A stretch of DNA of 64,000 nucleotides from Podarcis gaigeae. Taxonomy: Eukaryota. The notes under the pieces were generated by a model that did no database searches, was not told the DNA's origin, and was given only the letters and a program-made list of their open reading frames with translations. The stretch lies in the NCBI GenBank assembly GCA_964106915.2, contig OZ066918.1, one strand, 5' to 3'. The position numbers and the translations under genes were made by a program. Shown here piece by piece: positions 11,842 to 23,780 of this stretch. Position 1 is the stretch's first letter. Each line of letters starts with the position of its first letter.

Positions 11842-12585
11842 TTGCATCATTCATTAGCCTCCTTAAGATTTTTGAACTTGGGCTGATGGCATCCTTGAAT
11901 GAATCATGAAATTATATTTAGTTCTGGACCAGTAGTGCTATCATTCTTGGACACATGGCTATCTATGCATGGCTTATGCATAACACTGAGAGGGGTGGTG
12001 CTGTAATTCCACAGGGAAGGAGCAGTTTGAGCCCCACTCTTCCATGCGGAGAGCCTGTGGTGTTAACTGGGCTCTCCATAGCATTGTACAGAGCCCCTCC
12101 CAATGCCAACATGAATATCCCCTGTGCCTTTCCTCCCCCTGCTGCAAAAGATCCTCCTTTCCACAGCATTGGCTGACAATACTGAATAGACCCCCAGTTG
12201 AGCATATTACTGGAGCCCAGCAGATGAAATGGGAAGCAAATGACAGCAAAGACTTAAAAAGCCATCGCATATGGTCTTTGCTGAATTTTGGCTACACATC
12301 CTGCATATTCCCTGCTCAGATTCTAAATGTCATATTTAAAGCTGTCATGGAGCAAAAAAAAAAAAAAACCACACACACACACACAAACACAACCCATGAA
12401 GCTATTAGGACTCCAGTTTCATTCAGCTTGTTTACCTTTATCTGTGAGCGAATAATAGTGTGAACTTTATTACCTAGCATACAAAGACATTTGGTTTGGT
12501 TTCAATAGGTCTGAATATATTTAAGCTGGCGCAACCTATTAAGTACTATAACTGAATTACAGAGCTGTATTTTATTCTCCTGCAG

Positions 12586-12618
12586 CTCAAGTGTGGCGCT
12601 TGGGGATCGCAGGCTCTC
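12586..12618 (+). CDS. Candidate 33-nt in-frame cassette exon (LKCGAWGSQAL) in ARID5B intron 5
   Basis: Acceptor tattttattctcctgcag and donor CTC|gtaaga; length is a multiple of 3 with no stop in the phase-0 frame; CpGs retained locally. No transcript evidence available. Confidence 0.35.
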
Positions 12619-15600
12619 GTAAGACAAATTTGTTGCACTTACCGATGAGCTTTCCTCTTCCAATGATGTCCTTGCGTTATGCCTTCAGGAATACAATATG
12701 GAATAGATTGAGTTAGGGAGAAATCATTTGTGGAAGAGTGAAAGTTCCTGTTTTTATCTCCAAGGGAGAAACTAGATAACTTGCTCACCACAAAGGGCCA
12801 TGAGGGAAATGGGAGTGTGAAGGCTGTAGGTAATTTACATATTTAATTGTATGGAATTTATTTTACGTATTTTTATCAGGTGATTTGTCAGGTTCCAATT
12901 TATCAGGTGGCTCTCAACATTTAAGGATGGAAGTAAACATTAATATACTTATACCTTTCATGATTCTGACAGGCACATGACTCAGGTTTCAAGAGCATGT
13001 TGCCACTGTTTTTACAAATGTCTTTATTCTGAAATTATTCTCCCAAAATGCAGGAGAATCGAGCCATGCTCCACAAGGGGGCAGTCGACCTTGTGCACAG
13101 CTCACAGTTAATGCATTTTGCAAAAGAGCTGCTAAGGTCTCAGGCGAAGTTTGGGCAGACTTGTAAAGAGTTTTATTGCGCAGAGTTATTTATTCAGTCT
13201 TATATACAAAGTCAGGTCAATGCTTACCTAGCCAAGTTACTGGTTATTCTGGCTGGCCTCCGCCAGTCTCCTTACTAACCCTGGTGACCTGAGATTGTGC
13301 CAGGGGCTGCATGGATGCAAGGCAGATGCTGTGCCAGCGAGCTATGCCCTCTCACAACCAGTTATGCCATGGCAAAGGTCTTTTTATGGTCCCCAACCAT
13401 TTCCCCTTGGAAGTGATTACTGTTGATTTCAGTGGGACATCCCAGTAAAAATGTGCTTACGGTTGCAGCCTTAAATTTCCTAAACAGCCTTGCCAGCCAC
13501 CCTTCTAAATATCTGTGGAAGAGTTCAAAAGACAGTGGGGCATGTAGAGCTCTACTTCAAAGTGGCTGCATAAAGGTTACACTCAGCGAACGCCATATGT
13601 AGTGAAAGATAATAAAGAGGAGATTGAGATCTGGCAGCTATCAGCAAGATACACTGAGCCGAGTGCTGTATAGAAAATGTGGCCAAGAAGAGGCCGTCTT
13701 AATTTCCATGGTACGTGCCTTGGTCCAGCGCTTTGTGCCTTCCAGCTACCACATAACCCAAATAGCCCAAACCATGCAAATCCCTATTGACGTGATTCCA
13801 AGAAGACTGAATAAGAACTCTGAAAGACATGCTGATCATTGATGATGTAAACTGTGGATATGTGCAGAACTTTTACTAGGCATAATCTAAGCCAGAACCA
13901 ATCTCTTTCCCGGCTCCCCAAAATCGACGTTATTCATTGGTCACAGTGGCAATTTCCTATTGTATTTCCCACGGTGGTGAATTTCTGCAAATGAGGCTTG
14001 CCCCTAGAAATACAATCAGAGTCATGTGTCATTTTGTTAAGGAATGGCCACATCCAAAAATATGCAGCCTGAGTCAATGAATGCTTACTTAGGAGAAAGT
14101 CCAGCAGAAGTAAATGGAATTGACTGCCAAGTAATTCATGTAAAATGGGTGCACTGGAGGAGTCTGTTGGCTATTTGATGTCCTTGAACATATTGACATC
14201 ACTGCTATTAAGGAATGAACATGATATTTTCATATATTTTGTTTCAGTTATTACCTCATTTGTCATACAGAACACGTTGCCTTGACATTAATTTTCTTTC
14301 ATTTAGTTATTTCCCACCTTGATTTACTGGGTATATTTAAGCTGTCCATGTATATTGATGTTTTTATTGAACTGTATGAAAAATAAGACTGGACATAGAT
14401 GGAGGGAGTTGTACTTTTAAATTTCCTGACCAAGGGATCCAAATCTTTTGTTTTGTTTTCTGGAGATGGAGCAGTATGTAAATCTTAGTTGCAAAAACTG
14501 TATTTTATTTTTTTGGTCTACAATTAAAAACACATGTGATGGAATATGAACTTCAAATGAGAAATACTTTCCAGGTAATGAAATTGGTAAACCCCACTCT
14601 GCATGCCAGAAAGACAGTGTGTGTTGTGTGGCGGTGGGTTATTTGATAAGAGATTAGAAGGTGTTTTGTGTTTCATGGGTTACACCACTGATTTTTTTTT
14701 TTTTTAAAAAATGCCTTTCCCCACAAAACTAGCACATGTAAAATGCTATTCCTAATACTGGACCATCTAAAAAGAGTAATAAGGATATATTTTTAAATAC
14801 ATGAAAGGGAGAGTGTTTAATTACAGCTTTGCACTTCAATCCAACATGTGTATCAAATTATATCACACTGGTTTCAGTTGTACTGACCTTGTGTAAACAG
14901 GTTTGGGCTGGGGTGCTAAACATGGGAGACATATTTTCAAATCCTCACTCTAAAATGAAGGATTGTGAGGGCAGCACCTCCCTTTTTTGAATGGGAATAA
15001 CAGTGACCTTCTTCACAGCTTTAATAAGCTCCAAACAGATCGATAAGCTGCTCACTAGAGTTACCAGTTTGAAATCTCATGCTAGAGCTTCACAGGTTTT
15101 GGTCAGAGGTTATACTGGGCTGGGGAGAAAGACTCCCAGTTTGTGTGAATATACATGGATACGTATGGGCTGAGATTAAATCATTTACTTATAACAAACT
15201 ATCTGACAACATTTATATAAACCAGTCCTTGAATATATTTTTCAGTGAGGCTAATTGGGTCCCTCCTGAACTTATGTATGCCCCCCAAAAGAATCTCTCA
15301 GTTTCAAAGGCCTTTAGTAGTATCTGCACATACCATTTTTTAAAAAAAGTTATTTTCCATAATCATGAGGACTAGAAATTTCCTTTCAAAATAAATCTAA
15401 AGACATTATTTTTGCCGTGTGCGTCATGAATGCAGTCATGCAGATTTTCTGTTTCCTTTATACTCTGACCTTAATTAATATACCCTCCTCCCTGTCCAAT
15501 TTTAACAAGAGCAGTTCATGCCTCACCCCAAGACATTGAAACTGAATACTTTGTTTATGGAAACACTGCTCCAGTTCTGAGCATATGAGGGATGCTTTCC

Positions 15601-15946
15601 TGCTACGTTATGTAGTCATCAAAGGTCTCTTTTACATAGCAACCATTTTAAAAAGTATATCCAAAATGGATCATGCAACTCTTATCTTCTCTAACAAGAG
15701 TGCTTTATTACATGCAATCACCCCAAGATCAGCTTGCCTGACGCTGCAGTGATCTCTTGGAAGTTGATCTGAAATCTTAGGCGCAGTCCTGTGCCCAGAA
15801 CTCAAAAACTCCTAACGTTTAAGAAATTCCCTGTTGTAAAACGCGCCCTGTCTGTTCAGTGACATTATGTCCTTGGTCACCCAAACACATGTATCCCACC
15901 CAAACATCTTTCTTAAGATCTTGAGCCGAGTCATGACACGTGCTAA

Positions 15947-16153
15947 CATATGAGGCAACTCATAGGGGCCAAGATCCCTTCAGCCCCCCTAAAAAAACAA
16001 AAAAAAAACATTTGAGAGGGTCAGCACCCCACCCCACGCAGCTTATAGGCATTGCCATTCAAATGGAGTGTGTGTGCCAAGTCTTGTGATCAGTTATGTG
16101 AGGTTGGGCTTACCTGCCCTCCCCCCAATATTTTATTCAAGTTTGCATGCTAT
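15947..16153. mobile_element. Degenerate non-autonomous DNA transposon (hAT-like, lacertid)
   Basis: Resembles a recurrent lizard element (ggcattgccattcaaatgg...ccccccaatattttattcaagtt); termini decayed; recognised from memory. Confidence 0.5.
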
Positions 16154-16764
16154 TATTAAGGGGAGGGAACTAGCAATAGAGCACAGACTCCGCCCTGGGT
16201 GAAAATCAAGGGTTTGTAATATTTACTACAAAATATAAAAGTGGTTAATAGGTATCTACCACTATACATGCGGCAGAGAGACAGACCCCACCTTGTCTGG
16301 ACTTGACAGCTCGCTTGAACAATTCTCTGGGGACAGGTGGACGAATGACTGTATAAGGGAGACGTGAGCAGCACTAGGGATCTGGGAGGCTGCAATGGAG
16401 GCCTAGATACAACAGGGCAAACTCAAAAAGCAAATGGCATGGAGCTGGGCCAGGAAACCACAGAGCAGTAACTTAAAGGAGAGAAGACATGGCTTCATGT
16501 TCTCTGTAAGTCCTTGACTTGTCCAAAGAATTAAACAAACACAGAGTGGAGGCAAGAATGAGAGGCAAAGGAAGTAGGGAAATTGAGATGCAACAGTTTG
16601 GAAATATTGTACCTAAAACACAGAGAAAGAGCTTTAATGTTGTTGTTGGCCTTCTGAGAAAGAGAGGGCGTGATGGAGCAGAAGGGGGTCATCTCTTAAA
16701 TGGGAATGAAAGCTGGAGCAGGCAGTTTTCAAGATCTAATCTGGCATCTCCTCTTTTCTTCCAG

Positions 16765-16969
16765 GTAAAATGTGAGGCTAAATTGCCTTTGCACAAAACC
16801 AAAAATAACAACAGCAACTGTAAAAAGGGCTCCAGCGAAGATAAATCAAAGGTTTCTGTAGGTGAAGAATGCAGAGCGGATGAACAGGCATTCCTTGTGG
16901 CACTTTATAAATATATGAAAGAAAGAAAAACACCAATTGAACGAATACCCTACCTTGGTTTTAAGCAGA
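16765..16969 (+). CDS. ARID5B: ARID5B coding exon (exon 6 equivalent), 205 nt, start of ARID domain: VKCEAK...ECRADEQAFLVALYKYMKERKTPIERIPYLGFKQ
   Basis: Acceptor ctcttttcttccag and donor A|gtaagt; ARID5-type helix sequence. Confidence 0.97.
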
Positions 16970-17384
16970 GTAAGTAGAATTTTCATTGCATTTTTGGTTT
17001 GACATTTTAGAACAGTTTGGCTTCTGGGGTTGATCGGCTTGATAAGGTGGGACAACTTTGTGGACAGATATGGCCCTCTTTAGCTCTCTCTTTGTCTCTT
17101 CTTTTGCACTGTACATTTAATATAAAACTAATTGTCAGGATCCAGAGCTTTATAGGCATTGAGATTTCCCCTCCCGCCCTTTGAGCAGAAACCCCACCAC
17201 CAATGCCATAAAGCAAACTACTTTTTAAAGTCTTCTCGGTTTTCAAAGTAGTTTGCCGTGTGGATTTGGGAGGTGTGTGGGGGGGGGGGAGGATGCTATT
17301 TGAGAAACAGTATCCCAAAGCTCCCATAGGCACAACGAGTGGGTCTTTGTATGTCAGCCAGTAAAAACCTTAAAAAGGAAAACA

Positions 17385-17419
17385 CATACATACATACATA
17401 CATACATACATACATACAT
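17385..17419. repeat. (CATA)n microsatellite
   Basis: Visible directly. Confidence 0.95.
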
Positions 17420-19575
17420 GCACACTGGGACCTTTGAAACGAGAGTTGTTGTCATTGTGTTTATATCCACCAATACATTTTTCCATCCCTTATCTTGCAG
17501 TTTCTCTTCATTTTGGGCAACTGCTGCTGGAAATTTATAGTTTTAAAATACACTGCTTGCGATCAGAACCTGGCATGTTTAAAAAGGTTCCTGCTCTCCC
17601 TCTCCTTTTGATAAATACTGCAGCTAATGTCTTCCCTTGAATTAATAATACGACATACTTTTATTGTACCCAGATGTTCCTTCGGGGGGGGGGGGAGTCC
17701 CACAGATATAAAAGGAAGGCATCTAAAGGTGGCCAGAAAGTAGGTGAAGGAGGTCACAGAGTATAAAAATAGACAGGATCTGTTTACAGACATCATAGCA
17801 CAATGCTAAGGATTGCTTTGGAAAGAGCACTTTTTGAGTCAGTGCTTATAAAAGCAACAATTGATAGAGAACATGCAACTGTAATTAAATTTTGCATAAA
17901 CATTCTATAGCATGGAAGAATGAACATCGCAAACGATGAAAGGTGTGCTTTTATTAGCCTATAAGGTATCTAAATTATTATAAAGGGAGGAATGCCTTAC
18001 ATGGAAATATGACTTTCTCAAACCTATCTTCCCAGATTAAATGTGTATGTTATTTTGATGAAGAATGTCAAACCTCTGTGTTTTACATAACAATTTACAT
18101 ACCTAATAGCAATTTACACTGATTGCAACAGACCTCTAGCAGTCATTATAAACTTATATAACTCCAAAATGATTACAATGTTTGCCTGAAAAACCGGCTG
18201 CTTGAAATAGAAGTAAAATTAATGTACTATGAACAGCTTTGTTGCATTATGCATTTGATTCCGATTAAATCAAGGCCCGAGCAAAGCCCTTGATAGCTCA
18301 GGGAGAGTGCAAGGTTCAGTGAAGCTTTTTATTTAGAACATTTTGAGATGGTGTGTGTGTGTGTGTGTGATGCTAATCCCCCCCCCCCTTATTTGTCACT
18401 AACAAAGAGGCACATTTTTAAAAGCAGGTATTTATTGGGTCTCAATTTCCCAGCTTTGCCATGAGATCATTCTGCAACATGTAGCTGAGATAAACTGGCT
18501 TGTTTGATATTCAGCAATGTGCCTCATGTTTCCTCAGAGCAAGATTACTCAGGAGTAACTGAGCTGCTCATATAATGGCCAGGAGTACTCGCTGTGTTTG
18601 TCTACCTTGACATGTGTAAACACATGAGTAGGAAGAACCAGTTTAAATAATATAATTCCCCTGTTGCTGAATAAGTACAGTGAATGTTCTTTGCTGTGCT
18701 GTGTGGTTCAATAATGAGTACTACTCCCTGGGGAACACCCATAATTTATGTAATATTTTGGAGGCAATTCATACAGCACCATTATGAGAAGCTCTTTGAT
18801 GGGGTAAAGGGAGAAAAAAAATGCAGTCAAACCTATTTTACTGCATTCTGTAGTTCTCTCATTACAGAGGATTCTAAAAGTGGCCCCTAACCCTTTAAAC
18901 TTAAAAGAAAACCTTTATTAAAAGAGACAATTGGATTAAAGTGCAGATATACGGACAATTTAAAAATAAGTCATGATCATATAGGGAGGTATAATCACAT
19001 CAAAATATATTTATTTATGTCTATCTCTCTAGCTAAGCTCTTTGACATGAGTTCAATAGCCAACAAATGGCATCCACTTCATATGGAATGATGGAATTTG
19101 CATCCTTCCTTAGCTCCAATGTTAAAGATATTCATTTTTGCCAGCTCTGTAGTGGACCAAGCTTTAGCTAGGCATTCTGAAATGTCCACAAGCATCGGTA
19201 TTTTGGATGCTTGAGGGCGTTTGTGCCAGCGTAAACCAAAATTCTGCAAACCATCCCATCTAACCATGTCAGTCAAATTTGATCCATTAGAAACTTAGTT
19301 CAGCATCAATCAACAGCAGGGATGGTTTGAAACAACCAGTGCAGAGACAGCCGTGCATTTTATGCTAGTTGCAAAATAGGGATGATAGCAGGAAACAGGC
19401 AACGCACTCCTGATGGCAGATGGTATGTACAAGACACCCATGCCTGGGATCTGGACCATGGGACTATAAATGTTCCCACCAGTGGAAGTTCCCCATAGGG
19501 CTTCCCCTACTTTCAAGAGTTTCATAGACGAGTGCAGGGGCAGCATGACTTTGCAAGGAACACACCTGGCTATTG

Positions 19576-19925
19576 GGGTGGCGCTGTGGGTTAAACCACA
19601 GAGCCTAGGACTTGCTGATCAGAAGGTTGGCGGTTCGAATCCCCACGACGGGGTGAGCTCCAGTTGCTCAGTCCCTGCTCCTGCCAACCTAGCAGTTCGA
19701 AAGCACGTCAAAGTGCAAGTAGATAAATAGGTACCGCTCCAGCGGGATGGTAAATGGCGTTTCCGTGCGCTGCTCTGGTTCTCCAGAAGCGGCTTAGTCC
19801 TGCTGGCCACATGACCCAGAAGCTGTACGCCGGCTCCCTCGGCCAATATAGTGAGATGAGCGCCGCAACCTCAGAGTCGGCTACGACTGGACCTAATGGT
19901 CAGGGGTCCCTTTACCTTTACCTTT
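19576..19925 (+). mobile_element. Sauria SINE, near full length
   Basis: tRNA-like head with B box ggttcgaatcc, central gccaacctagcagttcgaaagcac, and (ACCTTT)n tail. Confidence 0.95.
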
Positions 19926-20670
19926 AACACTTTTGGGAGGTCCGCGTAAGACAGTGCATGATCTGTGAGATGTGCACCAAGACCTCTTGAGATGGATTAG
20001 ACTCTGAGAAAGCTGGGGTGCAGTTGTATGGGAGATACGGTCGCTCTGGGTGCATCTTGATATTCCTCACCCTGCAGGCTACATTCATGGCGAAATGAGC
20101 TGCTCTACTTGTAGAAGCTTGTTTCCTCATGTGGAAGAGGATCTCTGGATCCCAGCCAAGGTCTCTTATCTGAGTGGCAGTAAATACTTGTTTAATCAAG
20201 GACTGCTTTGTGTATGCACTCCAGTTTCCTGCTACATTAACTAAATGACATTTTAAAAATAATGCTCTTTCTAATAACTATGTTAGTTTTATATAGGAAC
20301 ATATAATGCAAAGCTTATTTCGTGTGTTTTGTTTTTTATGCTGTTTGTTTTATATCCTGGAAGTGAATTTAAGCTCAGTAAAAAAAATAAAAATCTTTTA
20401 TATCTGTAACTGTATCTCAGAGAAATGTTTTCCCTTGTGATTTTAAGAAAGGAATGGTATATGTGCAAAGCCAATGTTTACTCTTTGAATTATGTAAATG
20501 TCATTTGCAGATTGTTTGTCTTTCTCCCCCCCAAAAAACCCTTTTTGTGTGCGTAGATGTGATTGTTATCTTCTTGCTTCACTATGAAAGAAAAACTGTT
20601 TGATTTGCATTTCTTTGAAAAAAGTTGGTTAATGCAATGCTTATCTAAATACTTATTGTCCCTCTAACAG

Positions 20671-20723
20671 TTAACCTTTGGACTATGTTTCAAGCTGCTC
20701 AAAAACTGGGAGGATATGAAACA
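20671..20723 (+). CDS. ARID5B: ARID5B coding exon (exon 7 equivalent), 53 nt: (I)NLWTMFQAAQKLGGYET
   Basis: Absent from the ORF track. Acceptor cctctaacag and donor ACA|gtaagt; phases (1 in, 0 out) fit the neighbouring exons; ARID core sequence. Confidence 0.97.
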
Positions 20724-20801
20724 GTAAGTGTTTAAGTAACTTAAATGGGAAAAAAATGTGTAATCTAGCTTTCCCCTGTTTGGGGTGGTGTTTCTTTTTC
20801 T

Positions 20802-20804
<3 letters not shown>

Positions 20805-20845
<41 letters not shown>

Positions 20846-20857
20846 AAATAACAATGT

Positions 20858-20889
<32 letters not shown>
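20805..20889. repeat. Two (AC)n tracts (20805-20843, 20861-20889)
   Basis: Visible directly. Confidence 0.95.
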
Positions 20890-20891
<2 letters not shown>

Positions 20892-22572
20892 GGGGTTATT
20901 GGGTCCTTTTTTTAGAAAAAGCCCCAATTAGTTCCAGGTTTGGCAAAACTGTAAACTTGTTGAAGAAGAAAAAAAAACACTTTTTGAGTGGAAAACATGT
21001 GTAACTCTTCCCTGTCAAGGAAATTGGTTGGGTCTGTAATTTTTTCCCATGTTGAGAAAGGGCTATTCTTGTACAACAAGCCAAGATTGCATAAAATGAC
21101 ATTTCACTTGGCATAGTCCCTGACATCTGTTCATGTTGGAATATGGGAAATGTATTAAATGCTTTCAAAAGTAATCAGCGTTGTCCATTAAGGAATAGCT
21201 TGGTGCAGTATCTTTCTTTACTGTGAATAGTAAAAGATCTTTATTAGACAAGGGTCAGTGCCACATAAACAGGAAGTTATCCAAAGTATAAAGGCAAGGG
21301 GGGAGGGAAGCGGAACACTCTGACACTTTTTATCAACTAACCATATCTGACATGGCCACTTTATTTTTAGCTCACAGGGAAATTTGATGGTTGCGGATTT
21401 TACAGCATGTATTCCAAACCAATAAAATGTTGGAGCAACAAACTGCGATTAAGATCTTGAAATGAGAAGAAAGAGCTGCTTTAATATGGCATATAAAGAT
21501 GGCATCTGCAATAAAGCCCATTTGACATAAGACGATCGTCATTGGGAATATTTCCCCAGCCCATAATGCTCAGATTAGGTTGTGCATTTCCTGCCACAGT
21601 TGAATGCAAAAAACATATTTAAATAGCTAGCTAGCTAGCTATATTTATTTGTTTTGCTTTGTTCACTGAGTATAAATCTGGGCTGCATCTATTCCATAAT
21701 GAAGTAACAGAGAACACAAAAGCTGAAATTAATTTAAGCTGAAATGTAATCACTCTGGTATTTGTCCCATAGAACAAAGCCTGTTGTGTCATTTTAATGC
21801 CTGTGCAGTTAGCTAACATATCTGTGGTTGTGAAATAGTAATCACAGACAGGTATTGGTAGCTTTAGTTGACTTTCTTTGGTTTGCATCTGATCCGAGTG
21901 CCTGATTCTGTGCTTGTTTACTTGGGAGTTAACCCAACTCTAATTTATTTAAATTTATTCACTACATTGGGTACACCAAATAGCTGTTGTTCTCTGAGCA
22001 ATGTACAGAAAACATCAAAAACTAAATATACTAAAACAACAATAATAAAATTAAAGCAGAACTTCTTATTTAAGCACTAAGGAAGGCTAAAAAAAGTTGC
22101 CAATCAGCTGATAATGCAAGCATTAAAAGTATTCTTTGAGTTTTGCTTTGAAGTAAGGATGTATATGATTCCAATGTGCTAACCTTTGGAAAGTTCCGCT
22201 TCTGCTACAGTTTTTGGTGTTCAAAGGCTTTATTCATGCAGGAACTATTTACAGTAGAGATGAGAGAGAATAGAAGACATATTTTCTCAGCAAGTTGGGA
22301 GAGTGAAAAATGGCTCAGCTTTTAGGGTTGGAGTTAACAAACAAGTGCTGGCTAGATTGCTAGAGAAGCAGTGCTCTCTTGTGGTTAGCTAGAAGATCAT
22401 AAGAAGGAAATTTTATTTGCTTTTCTCCAACACTTCTGGGCAAATGCTATTAGAAAGTGAAATTAGGCAAGTCTGTTAAGTTGGAGCCATCAAGTTAATG
22501 ACACGCCTTAAATCTTGGCCCTTACATTGTTCCAGATTTTGTATTCAAATAAGTGGGTAGTTTACACACAAA

Positions 22573-22928
22573 GGGACGCAGGTGGCGCTGTGGGTTAAAG
22601 CCTCAGCGCCTAGGACTTGCCGATCGAAAGGTCGGCGGTTCGAATCCCTGTGGCGGGGTGCGCTCCCGCTGCTCGGTCCCAGCGCCTGCCAACCTAGCAG
22701 TTCGAAAGCACCTCCGGGTGCAAGTAGATAAATAGGGACCGCTTACCAGCGGGAAGGTAAACGGCGTTTCTGTGTGCAGCTCTGGCTCGCCAGATGCAGC
22801 TTTGTCACGCTGGCCACGTGACCCGGAAGTGTCTCCGGACAGCCCTGGCCCCTGGCCTCTTAAGTGAGATGGGCGCACAACCCCAGAGTCTGTCAAGACT
22901 GGCCCGTACGGGCAGGGGTACCTTTACC
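22573..22928 (+). mobile_element. Full-length Sauria SINE (distinct subfamily) with target-site duplication
   Basis: GGGACGC start, B box and ACCTTT tail; 11-bp TSD ttacacacaaa at 22562-22572 and 22929-22939; many intact CpGs suggest a young insertion. Confidence 0.96.
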
Positions 22929-23780
22929 TTACACACAAAAAACAGCAGCAAAGTAAGATAAAATATGGAGTAGTGACAAAGAGAAGTCAAGATAGCCTTT
23001 GAAGTTATTTCTAACAATCTGGCCATTTGGGGTGCCATCTTATGTAATGTGTTCAATGCAACTTTCTCCCTGAAAGGATTTCTGCCTTAGTCTATTAAAG
23101 CAGCTAAAAATATTTGTATAAACCCTCTTCCCAGATGTTGCATAACTTGTTAACCTCCATCATTCTTATCCAATGTAAAACTATAGTTTTCTCCTTAAAT
23201 GCCATATTCATTGTATTTTTCACACCATATTACAACCTTTGAGCCATTCTTCTTTCCAGTAGAGTGAAACTTACAAATTGAGATTTCATAATGTGCAGGA
23301 TTTAGCAGTTCTGATTTAAGCTTTCATCACTTTGACCAAACTAAGCTTAAGGGGCTGTCTGCCCAGCCAGCAAGCAGTTCATGTTCTGCTGCAAACAATT
23401 CAACTAAAGCAGGCACACGAGAAAGCTTCCCTGATCTGAGCAGGAATGATGAGGCAGAGGATACAGGGTGCTGATACTAGCACCACTCCTGCATATACAC
23501 AGATTGAACAAGATTCTGATGCCCATATTTTCCCTTGTGTTTTGCGGCACTCCTGCTGTCAGCAACAGCTTTTGAGTGGGGCAGAAGGGGTTCCTAGTTT
23601 GAAAGGGTGCCTCTGAAGACCTAGTACATGTGCAGCCCATTAGTTTCCAGCATAATTCAGATAAGAAGTGTTGGATACACTTCAGCATGCACCTGATAGA
23701 TATCCAAGTGGCAGATTTGCATTGGTACACATATACTCCTAATTCACACCCCACATTTGTTTGTTTGTTTGTTTGATATA

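Noticed and set aside
16519-16764. N-terminal part of the 152-aa ORF, and similar extensions of the 8026 and 29572 ORFs
   Set aside because: Intronic read-through upstream of strong splice acceptors; no ARID5B similarity.
19470-19846. Recurrent peptides such as GGSNP...APANLAVRKH, also at 22553 and 39766
   Set aside because: Translations of Sauria SINE copies, not a gene family.
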